64,000 nucleotides of DNA from Blastocatellia bacterium (GTDB lineage Bacteria > Acidobacteriota > Blastocatellia > UBA7656). The stretch is taken from NCBI GenBank assembly GCA_963765495.1, contig CAVXWP010000017.1, positions 64,001-128,000 of the forward strand. Direction: 5' to 3'. The notes under the pieces are model-generated. The model was not told where the DNA came from, made no database searches, and saw nothing but the letters and a program-made list of their open reading frames with translations. The first letter of the stretch is position 1. Each line of letters opens with the position of its first letter. Positions 49,999 through 60,381 of this stretch are shown one piece after another. The translations under genes and the position numbers were made by a program.

Positions 49999-52002
49999 TC
50001 ATAGCGGCCTCCCGTCATCCGGCATTATTCCCTCGTCTTCGTCCCATGTGATCCACTGAACGGAGGGCAGGTTTTCAAGGGGCTTCCCTTCTCTGAATGA
50101 TGTTTCGGCGCGCCTCTGCGCCTGGCACGCGATGAAACGCGTTTGCGATGATTCATCTATTTTTCGAATCCAGGCGGCAGACGCGCGACCATGAGGGGAA
50201 TCAATATCCGGGGCTTCTTCCATTCCGCGCCAGGCCACGAGGTCAATCGCAAGCATGTTAGACTCTGCCGAATAAATCTCGAATACAGTCAATAGATCAC
50301 ACTGGCTCGGATGAGAGAGCAATTGAAAGCCGGGGGCTTCCTCGTTTGGTGTGAGCGGATAAATAAGCGTGTGAAAGGCAGTATGCCTGCTCCCCTCAAC
50401 CGCAACGCTTATGACAGGCGCGGGAACCTTTACGCCGTAAAGAGGGGCAGCCCATCCTGGTTCGATCTCGGGCCACAAATCCGAATCCCAGACAAAGGCG
50501 CAATCGGGAGTGCGAACAAGTGTATTTCTTCCCCGGCGCTCAAGCGTTATACGATCAAGCGATTCGGGCGAAAGATGAAAGCGAAGATCGAATCGGTGAG
50601 TGATATCACTTCGCAAATAATCCGTTATGATCCAGTATCTGCCCGCGACGAAAAAGATTCGGCGGGTGTGAACGGCATCATAAGCAAAGCTTCTGGCCTC
50701 TCCGCAAAGCATATCGAGACCGGGCGCGCTCAGGCGTCCGGTAAACTTCCCCCTGGCAATTCTATCTTTGGGCTTGCCGCGACGATAGGGCGTCTGGTTC
50801 AAGCGGTCTACCAAAACCGTGTTGTGCGCGGCAGTTCCTTTGAACCACTGCCGCCAGTTTGGAGCCTGTTCCGAATACGTGTATCGCCCGGGGTCTATGA
50901 CAATCGGGCGGTTGTGAGCCGTTATCTCTATGTTGAGCAGATCATAGTGGCCGTGGCCTCCGTCGCCCAGGGGTCCGCAATCGAATATCAGGAATCGCTC
51001 GTCACGGTAAGCCTCCGGGCCTTCCCCCCAGCCGCTCCGCTGAATGTAGTAGCCGCCTGCGGGAAACCCCGTCAGCCGCTTTCCGGGCGGAACGCCCTTC
51101 ACGCCCGATGTCGCGACATAGAGAAAATCAGGGCGAGAAAAAATTGAGGCGGCAAGCTCAAGCAGGTCTGTATAACTGCCCGTGTCGCTGTCTGAGAGCG
51201 CAGGGATAGAGCCATCCGGGCGGTGGCAATACATGGCAAATTCACACGCTCGCTCAAGCCTTTCATCAAATTCAGCCGAGATTTTCAAATCAAATCGGCG
51301 GGCGTTTTCGCGCGCCCCGAGAAACGATCTGAGTGCTGTCATGTGATAATGCGTAGAGCCTTCCCTGTGCACACCGTCGGGGCGGATGTCGGTCAGCAGA
51401 TTGCGGTGAAGTTGATCGACGGCGAATCGAAGCAGGTGTTTGCGAGGATCAATTTCAGGCAGCGCAAGGGCTGCGATGAGCAGCGCATAAAGCTCCAACG
51501 TTCGATGATTGCGCTCAGGAGTCAGGTGCTTTCGCAAGTGGCTGATCTGTAGAGTGATGCTCTCGATGATTTCTTTGGCCAGAGTTGCTCTGAGGCCCTT
51601 GAACTCGGGCGAGCGCGAAAATATATTCCACGCGTAAATCCAGTTTTGTATGCGACGGCCCGCAACATCGCTCGTGCCGAAATCTACAGGGACTTGCTTT
51701 ATCCAGGACCGCACGAGCCGTTCCCACGTTTCGAGGAATTTACGATTCCCCGTTTCGCAAAATGCCTGTGCAAGATCAAGCCCGTAATAAAACTTGTGCC
51801 ACTCGATCTGCCACTCTTCATCGGGCGGGAGATCACTGGTCAGCCAGTCAGGCTCGACCCCAAGCTCTAAAGTAATTCCGATGTGTGTAAATCGCCCCGC
51901 GCAAAGTTCTTCGGCGACCCTCCGATTGCGGTGAGCCTGCTCGACCACACAAAAGACCGAACGTGGTTTTGTTCGCGAGCCGAAGAGCGCACCTGCGATC
52001 AT
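49999..52002 (-). CDS. heparinase II/III family (polysaccharide lyase-like) protein
   Basis: NH, DGVHREGSTHYH, RSGW, GHGHYDLL, DPGRYTY, GTAAHNTV; start at ATG 52002 with GGAGG RBS. Confidence 0.88.
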   Translation of the reverse strand: MIAGALFGSRTKPRSVFCVVEQAHRNRRVAEELCAGRFTHIGITLELGVEPDWLTSDLPPDEEWQIEWHKFYYGLDLAQAFCETGNRKFLETWERLVRSWIKQVPVDFGTSDVAGRRIQNWIYAWNIFSRSPEFKGLRATLAKEIIESITLQISHLRKHLTPERNHRTLELYALLIAALALPEIDPRKHLLRFAVDQLHRNLLTDIRPDGVHREGSTHYHMTALRSFLGARENARRFDLKISAEFDERLERACEFAMYCHRPDGSIPALSDSDTGSYTDLLELAASIFSRPDFLYVATSGVKGVPPGKRLTGFPAGGYYIQRSGWGEGPEAYRDERFLIFDCGPLGDGGHGHYDLLNIEITAHNRPIVIDPGRYTYSEQAPNWRQWFKGTAAHNTVLVDRLNQTPYRRGKPKDRIARGKFTGRLSAPGLDMLCGEARSFAYDAVHTRRIFFVAGRYWIITDYLRSDITHRFDLRFHLSPESLDRITLERRGRNTLVRTPDCAFVWDSDLWPEIEPGWAAPLYGVKVPAPVISVAVEGSRHTAFHTLIYPLTPNEEAPGFQLLSHPSQCDLLTVFEIYSAESNMLAIDLVAWRGMEEAPDIDSPHGRASAAWIRKIDESSQTRFIACQAQRRAETSFREGKPLENLPSVQWITWDEDEGIMPDDGRPL

Positions 52003-52299
52003 CGCTGAACCTCCGTGAACAGGGGTATCAGTTGTGAAACAAGGCGAGCCTTGCCAAAACATTTGCGGGCGGTCGCCTGAGCCTCAAATCTACAGCAGGT
52101 TGGCAAGCTCTCGGTTCCGGTTGAAAAGGTTATCTCAATCGCAGACATCTGGTATGCATGTATTCTTGCCTCTTTCAAAAATGGGTAATAGAACGAGATA
52201 ATTGACAAAAAATGACCCCTCTTAACAGAGCACAGGCGTGGACGCGGATTCAAGTACGAAGTGCAACGACCTATCGTTAATTGATCCAGATGGTTATGA

Positions 52300-52359
52300 G
52301 TTAGTTGTTTTTGAAAGCCCTGCAATTCCAATGGTTGAGGGCTTTCAAAAACAACTAAC
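52300..52359. repeat. perfect 22-bp inverted repeat with 16-nt loop
   Basis: gttagttgtttttgaaagccct / agggctttcaaaaacaactaac. Confidence 0.85.
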
Positions 52360-52404
52360 CGGCTATATTGCCGTAGATACCCCTATTGCACTTCGCTGTT
52401 GAAT

Positions 52405-53121
52405 TCACCTGAGCCTGATACCCGTGAAGTGTTCATTTTCCAGATGACATTGCTGCCATTTATCTCCGAATAGATATAGTTCTCCTTCCTCATCTTTGAT
52501 TATCTGGGTGATCAGGTTTGACCGTAATCCATCAGCCTCGGTGTAGGTTTCGAATCCGTTTCTGGCAATCTTTATAGCTCCAACGAGCGGAGAGGCTATC
52601 CATATATTGCCGTCGCTTCCCGCCCAGAGCCTTCCATCGCGGTCTTCAAAGAGAACGTTGACGCGATTCGACTGGTTAGTATCGCCCACCGGGTAAACCG
52701 TAAATAGCTTTCTCGTTTCGCCTTTCCTCTCAGTTGCCGACAGGGTCGCGGTCTGTCCTGGTCCAGATGGAGAGTCGTTGAACTTGCAGACTCCGCTGCC
52801 GTTTGTGGCAACCCAGTAAAGGCCGTCGCGCGTTGCCAGGAAGTAATTATATTCCGGGAATGCAATGCCTTGATCGAGGCCGTAAGTGGTAAAGTTCTGA
52901 CCATCGAATCGGCTGAGTCCATCCGTAGAGCAGAACCAGAGAAAGCCCTGAGGATCGCGGAAAATCCTGGCAAGTGAGGTGTGAGAAAGTCCCTCGGATG
53001 AAGTGTAGATCTTTATTGACAGCCGCTCTGCATACGCGATCCTTGACAGGACAACAATCAACGCCGGCAACCCGATGGTTCTAAAAAATCCCGACCGCCA
53101 TAGATATTCGCAATCCTGCAT
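52405..53121 (-). pseudogene. truncated two-component sensor beta-propeller (Reg_prop) gene
   Basis: 'YTSSEGL..DPQGFLWF.S.DGLSRFDG', 'DRDGRLWAGS'; only 238 aa, no TM or kinase domain. Confidence 0.65.
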
Positions 53122-53181
53122 ACGAACCTCTTATGAGGAGCACATTCACTCGAAGCCGGTTTATCTTCGGGGCTTTGAGCG

Positions 53182-53210
53182 ATGATATGAAGTATGCAGG
53201 TAGAAGTCAA
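53182..53210 (-). promoter_or_regulatory. putative sigma70 promoter of 52405-53121
   Basis: TTGACT-N17-TATCAT on the - strand. Confidence 0.55.
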
Positions 53211-53228
53211 GAATCGGTCACTTGACCA

Positions 53229-54281
53229 TTATTTCTTTTCCAGTCTCTTGGCGAGCCGTTTGACGTGCTGCACAGCCAGAGGCGCGTAAGTTCCCGAATT
53301 ACACGCGCGATATTCGGCCAGAGCTTCCTCAAGAAGCCCCTGTCGCTCGTAGGCCATCGCTATCAGATAATGCAGATCATCGTCTGACGGCCGGAGTCTC
53401 AAGGCCGCCCGGAACCTGCTTGCGGCCTCGGCAAACCGATTCTTTCCAAGCGCCTCAAGCCCGCTCTTCTTGAGTTCTTCGGCAGTTGGGCGGGGTTCCT
53501 CCTTTGGCGGCGGCTCGCTTGCCTTTGGCGGCTCGGCCGGAGGTTTATCAGGTTCGGGCGTGGCGGCAGCCGTCGTATTCGCATCCTCGGATGAGCCTGC
53601 ATCTTTCCCGTCTTCATCGCCTGCCTTCCCGCCCGCGCGATTTTCGTTGGCGCGTTTTGGGCGATTGCTATTATCGGATTTACTCTCATTCGAATTTTCG
53701 AGATCCAATGAGAGGCCCTCCGCCACTGCCTCGGAATCATTCGCATTCGAGACCGCCGGGGGAGCGCCGCTTTCAGCAGCCGTCTCTTCGCTGCCCGTAG
53801 CAACCTCGCTTGATCCTTTGCTGAAATGGAGGGCGAGCATCACACCTGCCGCTATCACGACGAGGCCAAGCAGAATGCCGAGGGGCAAAAGCATTCGATT
53901 GTTCGACCGAGCGCGAACCGGCCCGGTGGAGTGCGGAATCGGCCCGGTCGCATCGGCGACCGGAGCAAATTCCTGAGAGCGTCTTGCCGGTTCAATCGCC
54001 CCGGTGTCGACCGGCCTCGCTTGCGGAAGCTCGACGGTCGGGGCTGACGGCGGAGGCTCTACTGCGGGCATAGTCCTCGTCTTCAAATCCTGAGAATCAG
54101 ATAACGCGGTCGAAGAGAAGCCCTCTACCTGAGAGCCTCCGAAGACGATTGTTTCGATGGGTTGAGCCTCGGAAGACTGCGCGCTTGAAAGGTCTTCCGT
54201 AGTAGTTTGCCGTCCGCATTTTCTACAATACTTCAGGCCCTCGCCCATCGGAGAGCCGCAAAAGGAACAAAATGAGGGCAT
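53229..54281 (-). CDS. zinc-ribbon / TM / TPR membrane protein
   Basis: CSFC..CRKC, low-complexity linker, single TM, C-terminal TPR; GAGGAG RBS. Confidence 0.82.
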   Translation of the reverse strand: MPSFCSFCGSPMGEGLKYCRKCGRQTTTEDLSSAQSSEAQPIETIVFGGSQVEGFSSTALSDSQDLKTRTMPAVEPPPSAPTVELPQARPVDTGAIEPARRSQEFAPVADATGPIPHSTGPVRARSNNRMLLPLGILLGLVVIAAGVMLALHFSKGSSEVATGSEETAAESGAPPAVSNANDSEAVAEGLSLDLENSNESKSDNSNRPKRANENRAGGKAGDEDGKDAGSSEDANTTAAATPEPDKPPAEPPKASEPPPKEEPRPTAEELKKSGLEALGKNRFAEAASRFRAALRLRPSDDDLHYLIAMAYERQGLLEEALAEYRACNSGTYAPLAVQHVKRLAKRLEKK

Positions 54282-54592
54282 AATTTATCTCCTCGATTCA
54301 AGTAATCCTGACCCGCCTGTTTTGACCGGCATTCATTCTGGATTTCGCATCATCAATTTACTCAACGAATTTCTACGCATTTTCCGAGTCTTCAGTTCTC
54401 TTTACGTCGCATCACTTCCCCGGCGGCCTCGGAAGAATACTACATTGCACGCGTTGAAATCACCATCGAGCCGGGGGAGTCTTTCGCCACTCTCAGATGC
54501 AGGGCGGCCGCGTCAGGTTTGCAGTCTGGCTCAACAGGGAATAAAATTGCGACGCAAAATTCTAATAGAGAAAACAATTCGGAGGTGCGCTT

Positions 54593-56596
54593 ATGCTGAA
54601 AGCGGTTATTTTCTTTCTGGTTGTGTTTGTCCTGTTCCAGGCCCCGCGCGCGCTGGCTCAGAACGTCAAGACTGTTGAAATAACTCCGGCTGTGTCGGAG
54701 GCCGAGGTAGGGCAGCAATTGAAATTCACCGCAACGGCCAAAGATGCTGCGGGTCAGACGGTTGATATAAAACCCGCCGCGTGGTTTGCAGCGCCGTTTG
54801 ATCTTGCGGCTGCCGATGAGTCCGGCACCGTCAGCGTCTTTCAACCCGGCGAAGTCCGCGTAGGCGCTGTTGTCGGGGGCAAAATCGGCTATGCCACAAT
54901 CCTGGTAAGGCCCGCGCGAATCACAAGCATCGAAATCGACCCTATCAATCAGCCGGTCGTGGTCGGCGGCGCGATAAAGCTGGATGCTACGGCTCGCACC
55001 GCAAACGGCGACCCGCGCAACGACGTGGTTTTCGCCTGGGCTTCAAGTGATCCTTCTATCGCAACAGTAGACGCGGGAGGGCTTGTGACGGGCGTAAAAC
55101 CGGGCACGACAAAGCTATGGGCAAAGGAAGCAACCGGAGATTCGAATGCCGCCACCGGCGCTATAACTATAAAGGTCGCGCCCGATCCTGTGCGCGCCCT
55201 GTTTATCGAGCCAAAATCAAGCAGCGCGCGAACGGGCGATGTAGTGCGCTTCACGGCTCGCGCTATGGATGCAAGCGACGCGCAGACAGCGAATCCTTCC
55301 GTCCGGTGGGCCGTGAGCGGCGAAGGAGCCATGATAGAACCGGACGGCGGCTTTGTGGCCGCCCGTCCCGGCACTTATGTGATAACGGCCGTTAGCGGAG
55401 AGCATACGGCTGTGGCTTCGATAGTCGTCACGCCGCGCAATGCCGAGCGGGAAATAGAGATAGTCGGGCGCGCGCCTTTCAAAGATTTCCAGGCTGCCGA
55501 GCAGTGGATTTTCGGGCATTACGCCTATGTCTCGTCCGTATCAGACAAGCTTCTGATTTATGACATCTCCGATCCTTCAAATCCGAAACTGACCGATACC
55601 GTCAAGGTTGATGCGCGCCACATAAACGATGTCAGCACGACAGCCGACAACCAGATCGCGGTCATCACTCGCGAAGGAGCATCGAGTCGCAAAAACGGCA
55701 TAGTCTTTCTCGACACATCAGACCCCGCGCACCCAAAGGTGATCTCCGAATACACCGCCACGGTCACGGGCGGCGTTCACAGCGCCTTTATCGACGGCCA
55801 CTACGTATATCTGACCGATGATGCTACGGGGTCGCTCAGGGTCATCGATTTCAAGGATGTGAAAGCACCAAAGGAAGTAACTCGCTGGGAGGTGCAAAAC
55901 CCCGTAGCGCGTTCGATTCGTTCACCGTTCGGCGATACGATAGCGGGCCGGTATCTGCACGATGTTCAGGTCAAAGACGGTTTGATATATCTGGCATACT
56001 GGCGCGACGGGATGATCATTCTCGATGTCGGTAACGGGATAAAAGGCGGCAGCCCGGAACATCCTCAACTGGTCAGCCAGATTCGATTCAACTACCACGA
56101 ACTCTACGGCGACGGATGGCTTGCGGGCGCTCACGCTGTCTTTCGCTACAAGAACTATGTATTCGTAGGCGATGAAGTCTTTCCCGCTCAATTCAATATC
56201 CAGGACAAGAAACGCATCCCGGTTCGCGGCATCGTCCACGTAGTCGATGTATCGGACATCAATCACCCGCGCAAAGTAGCAGAATACGGCGTGCCCGAGG
56301 CTGGATCGCACAACATCTGGGCAAAGGATGATGTGCTTTACATGGGCTATTACAACGGAGGCGGACGAATACTCGACATATCAGGTGAGTTGCGCGGCGA
56401 CCTCTATAGCCAGGGGCGCGAAATAGGGCGACTCTGGACGGGCGATGCCGACGGGTTCCGCTCGAACCTGCCCTTCACCTGGGGGGCGCAACCCGAAGGC
56501 GACCTGATTTTCTTTAACGACATGAACACAGGGATATGGATAGTCAAACTCGGCAAGCCAAAAGTCAAAGGCTCGACCACAGTACCCGGAACGTAA
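54593..56596 (+). CDS. secreted Ig-like (Big_2) + LVIVD-repeat protein
   Basis: Signal peptide; 'WASSDPSIATVD.GLVTGVKPG'; repeated LLIYDISDP/LRVIDF/VHVVDVSD blades. Confidence 0.85.
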   Translation: MLKAVIFFLVVFVLFQAPRALAQNVKTVEITPAVSEAEVGQQLKFTATAKDAAGQTVDIKPAAWFAAPFDLAAADESGTVSVFQPGEVRVGAVVGGKIGYATILVRPARITSIEIDPINQPVVVGGAIKLDATARTANGDPRNDVVFAWASSDPSIATVDAGGLVTGVKPGTTKLWAKEATGDSNAATGAITIKVAPDPVRALFIEPKSSSARTGDVVRFTARAMDASDAQTANPSVRWAVSGEGAMIEPDGGFVAARPGTYVITAVSGEHTAVASIVVTPRNAEREIEIVGRAPFKDFQAAEQWIFGHYAYVSSVSDKLLIYDISDPSNPKLTDTVKVDARHINDVSTTADNQIAVITREGASSRKNGIVFLDTSDPAHPKVISEYTATVTGGVHSAFIDGHYVYLTDDATGSLRVIDFKDVKAPKEVTRWEVQNPVARSIRSPFGDTIAGRYLHDVQVKDGLIYLAYWRDGMIILDVGNGIKGGSPEHPQLVSQIRFNYHELYGDGWLAGAHAVFRYKNYVFVGDEVFPAQFNIQDKKRIPVRGIVHVVDVSDINHPRKVAEYGVPEAGSHNIWAKDDVLYMGYYNGGGRILDISGELRGDLYSQGREIGRLWTGDADGFRSNLPFTWGAQPEGDLIFFNDMNTGIWIVKLGKPKVKGSTTVPGT

Positions 56597-56600
56597 CCAA

Positions 56601-56690
56601 TGAAGCGTGATGCGTGATGCGTGAGATTTGCAATCGTCCGTGAAAAACCAGTTGCGTGAAAATCACGCATCACGCATCACGCTTCACGCA
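56601..56690. repeat. (CGTGATG)n/(TCACGCA)n element, 38-nt core
   Basis: Starts just after the stop of 54593-56596. Confidence 0.85.
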
Positions 56691-56760
56691 TAAGTGTCAT
56701 TGCCTTTCCCCTTTACGCGCCTACGTGGTATTCTTGGTATTCTCGTTTGAATACCCGGCT

Positions 56761-58404
56761 ATGGATACGCAGACTGCCACTACTAACCGCGAGCACTTTG
56801 AAAAACTGGTCGGCGAGCTAAAAGCCCTCGAAGAAAGATTGCGCCAGGGAGGCGGACCCGAACGCATCGCAAGAGAGCATAAAAGAGGCAAGCTTACCGC
56901 CCGCGAACGCATCAGTCTTCTTTTCGATCAAGACTCTTACTTCCAGGAAATAGGCTTAATGGTCGCCTATGACCAGTATGACGGGCAGGGTCCGGCTGCC
57001 GGGGTAGTTACAGGATTCGGGCGAGCAGGCGGGCGCGAAGCTGTGGTCGTCGCAAATGATGCCACGGTCAAGGCCGGGTCGTGGTGGCCTGAGACGATCA
57101 AGAAGATCCTCAGGGCGCAAGAGATCGCCATGCGCTGCCGTGTGCCGATCATCTATCTGGTCGATTCGGCGGGCGTAAATCTTCCTTATCAAGGCGGCGT
57201 CTTTCCGGGCCAGTACGGCGCGGGGCGGATTTTCTTTTACAACTCGGTCATGCGGCGTTATCTGAAAGTGCCGCAGCTTGCCGCCGTTATGGGTCCCTGT
57301 GTTGCTGGCGGCGCTTATTTGCCCGCCCTCTCAGACATGATAATCATGGTCGAAGGCACATCGTTTATGGGGCTTGGCGGCCCGAACCTTGTGAAGGGAG
57401 CCGTAGGCCAGATTGTTGACAGCGAGACGCTTGGCGGCGCTCGCACTCATAACGAAATTTCAGGCGTCGCTCATTACCGCGCAAAAAATGATGAGGAGTG
57501 CATAGCCAAACTCCGCGCTCTGATGACCGAACTGCCGCTGCCTGCCGAGACCCGAGTGCCTGTCAAAGAACCTGTGGATGCGAGCCGGCCCGTAACCGAT
57601 ATTTACGAGATCATCCCCGCAGACCACCGCCATCCATACGATATGCGCGACGTGCTCGCCTGCATAATCGATGGCGGGGATTTCGAGGAATTCCAGGCCG
57701 ATTACGCAAAAGAGATGCTCACAGGTTACGCCCGGATAGAAGGCATCCCCGTAGGCATAATCGCAAACCAGCGCGGATTGATTCGCGGCCCCGCCGGGAA
57801 ACCGCCCAAATTCGGCGGGATCATTTATACGGATTCGGCGGAAAAGGTCGCATATTTCATAGAGACTTGCAACCGGCACGAAACGCCGCTGCTCTTTCTG
57901 CAAGACGTGTCGGGCTTTATGGTAGGGACCGACGCAGAGCATTCCGGCATCATACGCGCAGGCGCGCGATTCGTCGAAGCGATGGCGACGGCTACGGTCC
58001 CGAAATTCGTCCTGACGATCAATCACGCATCGGGCGCGGGCTACTATGCGATGGCGGGACAGGGATTTGATCCGGATTTCATATTCACATGGCCTACGGG
58101 GCGGATGGGCGTGATGGAAGGCGATTCGGCCGTTATGGCCCTGTTCAGCGCCGAGCTTGAGAAACTCGAACGACAGGGAGAGAAGCCCGGGCAGGAGATG
58201 CGCGAGCAGATGGACAGGGTTCGCGCCGAATACGATGAGCAAATGGATGCCAGATATGCAGGCGCTCGCGGGTTTGTGGATGCAATCATATACCCTGAAG
58301 ATACACGCGCGGCGCTTGAGCTTGCGCTTCGCACCGCTCTCAATAACCCGGGTCCACACCTGGGCGTGCCGGTTCTGCCTTACGGCACAAGGATTGAGTG
58401 TTGA
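56761..58404 (+). CDS. acyl-CoA carboxylase carboxyltransferase (beta) subunit
   Basis: GKLTARERI, ANDATVKAG, LVDSAG, GPCVAGGAY, LGG..H..SGV, QDVSGFMVG, GAGYYAM; start ATG 56761. Confidence 0.93.
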   Translation: MDTQTATTNREHFEKLVGELKALEERLRQGGGPERIAREHKRGKLTARERISLLFDQDSYFQEIGLMVAYDQYDGQGPAAGVVTGFGRAGGREAVVVANDATVKAGSWWPETIKKILRAQEIAMRCRVPIIYLVDSAGVNLPYQGGVFPGQYGAGRIFFYNSVMRRYLKVPQLAAVMGPCVAGGAYLPALSDMIIMVEGTSFMGLGGPNLVKGAVGQIVDSETLGGARTHNEISGVAHYRAKNDEECIAKLRALMTELPLPAETRVPVKEPVDASRPVTDIYEIIPADHRHPYDMRDVLACIIDGGDFEEFQADYAKEMLTGYARIEGIPVGIIANQRGLIRGPAGKPPKFGGIIYTDSAEKVAYFIETCNRHETPLLFLQDVSGFMVGTDAEHSGIIRAGARFVEAMATATVPKFVLTINHASGAGYYAMAGQGFDPDFIFTWPTGRMGVMEGDSAVMALFSAELEKLERQGEKPGQEMREQMDRVRAEYDEQMDARYAGARGFVDAIIYPEDTRAALELALRTALNNPGPHLGVPVLPYGTRIEC

Positions 58405-58499
58405 TAGTCGGCCCGCCTGAGGGGAAGGACGCGCCTGCCGGGCCTGTTTTCAAAATAACTTAGACCTGAAACCAGACTGCCTCGAAAGGGGGACATTCC

Positions 58500-59435
58500 A
58501 TGAAGAAACGATTTCCAATCTTTAAACTCGCGGCCATCTTCTGCTTACTGGCGGCGATGATGGCCGCAAGCTGCGCTCCGCAAGAGACCGGCAACACAAA
58601 TACGGCCAACTCAAATATGGCCAATAAGAATGCCTCGGCGCAAAACTCCGGCACTCCTGCCGAGGCCAAGCCAATGGGGGCCGAAGCCCCGGGTTATTAC
58701 ATGGCCGGACCTACGGGCGATGTTTCGCTCAAATTCACCCAGCCGCCCGACGGCGAGACGATTCAAGGTGATTCCATCGCGCCTACGTTCACCATAAGCG
58801 GGTATCCGATCTACAAGGACGACGAGCGCAACAAGGGGCAGCACATCCACGTCATCCTTGATAACGAGCCTTACGAAGCCGACTATAAGCCGGGCGAACC
58901 CTTCAATCCCGCGAAATTCCAGAACCTGAAAGAAGGCACGCACACCTTGCGCGCGTTCCCCAGCCGCGAGTGGCACGAATCAATAAAAGAGACCGACGCT
59001 AGCGATTTCGACATGGTGGTCTTCAACGTAAAGTCGGCCTCACCGGGAGTCAAAGTCGATAAGGCGGCACCCCTCCTGACCTATTCGCGACCCAAGGGCG
59101 AGTACAAATGGAATGACCATCCGAAAGGCGTGATGCTCGACTTTTACGTTACAAACGCCACGCTTGGGCCAAACGATTACAAGGTGAAGTACACGCTCGA
59201 CAGTAAGGCTCCGCAGATAGTGACCCGGTGGGAGCCGATCTGGTGGAAATGGGAAGAACTGGGCGCGGGCCAGCACAAGATCGTGCTTGAGCTTCTGGAC
59301 AAGGACAGCAAGCCGGTTCCTTTCAAGGTCGGAAACACCGACTATAACCACACAGAGCGCACATTTACCGTGCTTGCTCAGGGCCAGATGTCGAGCGGAA
59401 ACTCAAATGCCAACAGCAACACAAGCGGGCATTGA
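58500..59435 (+). CDS. hypothetical lipoprotein with two Ig-like domains
   Basis: Lipobox AASC; 'GQHIHVILDNEPY..GTHTLRAFPSREWHES', 'LTYSRPKG'. Confidence 0.8.
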   Translation: MKKRFPIFKLAAIFCLLAAMMAASCAPQETGNTNTANSNMANKNASAQNSGTPAEAKPMGAEAPGYYMAGPTGDVSLKFTQPPDGETIQGDSIAPTFTISGYPIYKDDERNKGQHIHVILDNEPYEADYKPGEPFNPAKFQNLKEGTHTLRAFPSREWHESIKETDASDFDMVVFNVKSASPGVKVDKAAPLLTYSRPKGEYKWNDHPKGVMLDFYVTNATLGPNDYKVKYTLDSKAPQIVTRWEPIWWKWEELGAGQHKIVLELLDKDSKPVPFKVGNTDYNHTERTFTVLAQGQMSSGNSNANSNTSGH

Positions 59436-59469
59436 GACTTCCGGTTAAAAGACATCCGATTTCAGGCAT

Positions 59470-59518
59470 TTTCTACGCGTCTTTGCGATCTGTAATTTCT
59501 CGCAAAGACGCGTAGAAA
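59470..59518. repeat. perfect 19-bp hairpin downstream of the lipoprotein gene
   Basis: tttctacgcgtctttgcga / tcgcaaagacgcgtagaaa, 11-nt loop. Confidence 0.8.
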
Positions 59519-59812
59519 TCCAGGGTTTCACATCCGTCGGCAACTTTTCCCCGGCTGGAAATGGACCGATGAATAATTGCTCTCACTTTATAATCTGTCG
59601 TTATTTGGGGCAGGAGGCGTTCTGAGCCTTTGTCGGGCAATTCGGCCCTGACGACGAAAGAGGCTTCCAAAAACGGGAATCAGATTTAGTCAGGAAGAAG
59701 CCACCCGAAACTGCCACAGCGCATGAAAAGGGCCGGGATTTGGCAATATTGCGATTTCGACGCGATTTGGCCCTAACTTATTGGCATTACATTCAAAGGC
59801 TTGAACAAAAGC

Positions 59813-59841
59813 TTGACTTGACCACGCATTAGAGATACCAT
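59813..59841 (+). promoter_or_regulatory. putative sigma70 promoter of 60382-61770
   Basis: TTGACT-N17-TACCAT. Confidence 0.55.
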
Positions 59842-60381
59842 TTCGCCTGCTTTCGGCAATATTTCATAGATAGAATCTCGCGGAGCATTTCGCTCCTTGT
59901 GGGTTGCGTAATTGAAAGCTGATTCCCCCTATTGGCATCCGGCGGTTAATTGGGCGAGGCAGCGCCTCGCGATTAGCTTATTCGGAGCATATCAAGCAAG
60001 GTCCTGATGGTTGAACATTGCAGTCTCAATCTTTGTCCAGGATCGGGATGACTTCAAATTTTGTGGTTGAATTTACAAAAATCACTTTGCAGATCAAGCT
60101 TTAGGGAAAACCAGCGGACGTTCAAGGAAACTCATTGAGGATATTAGAAGAATACAAGCTGAAATCATTGGCGAACCGCTCGGACATTCCACACTATGCG
60201 CCGGTTTCACCTACGGCGAGAAGCAAGATGTCAATTACGACAGTATCGAGGAAGTATATGTCGTGTAACCCGGCGCAAAGATGCAAGCGGCATTAGATAC
60301 TGCCTGAACGGGTACGTATGCTGGATTGGCTTTGCGGTTTCGGAATATTGTGTAGGCAATAAAAATTTAAGGAGGAATTCC

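Noticed and set aside
56656-56760. His-rich N-terminal extension (KITHHASRFTH) on the carboxylase
   Set aside because: It is a translation of the (TCACGCA)n arm; a proper ATG exists at 56761.
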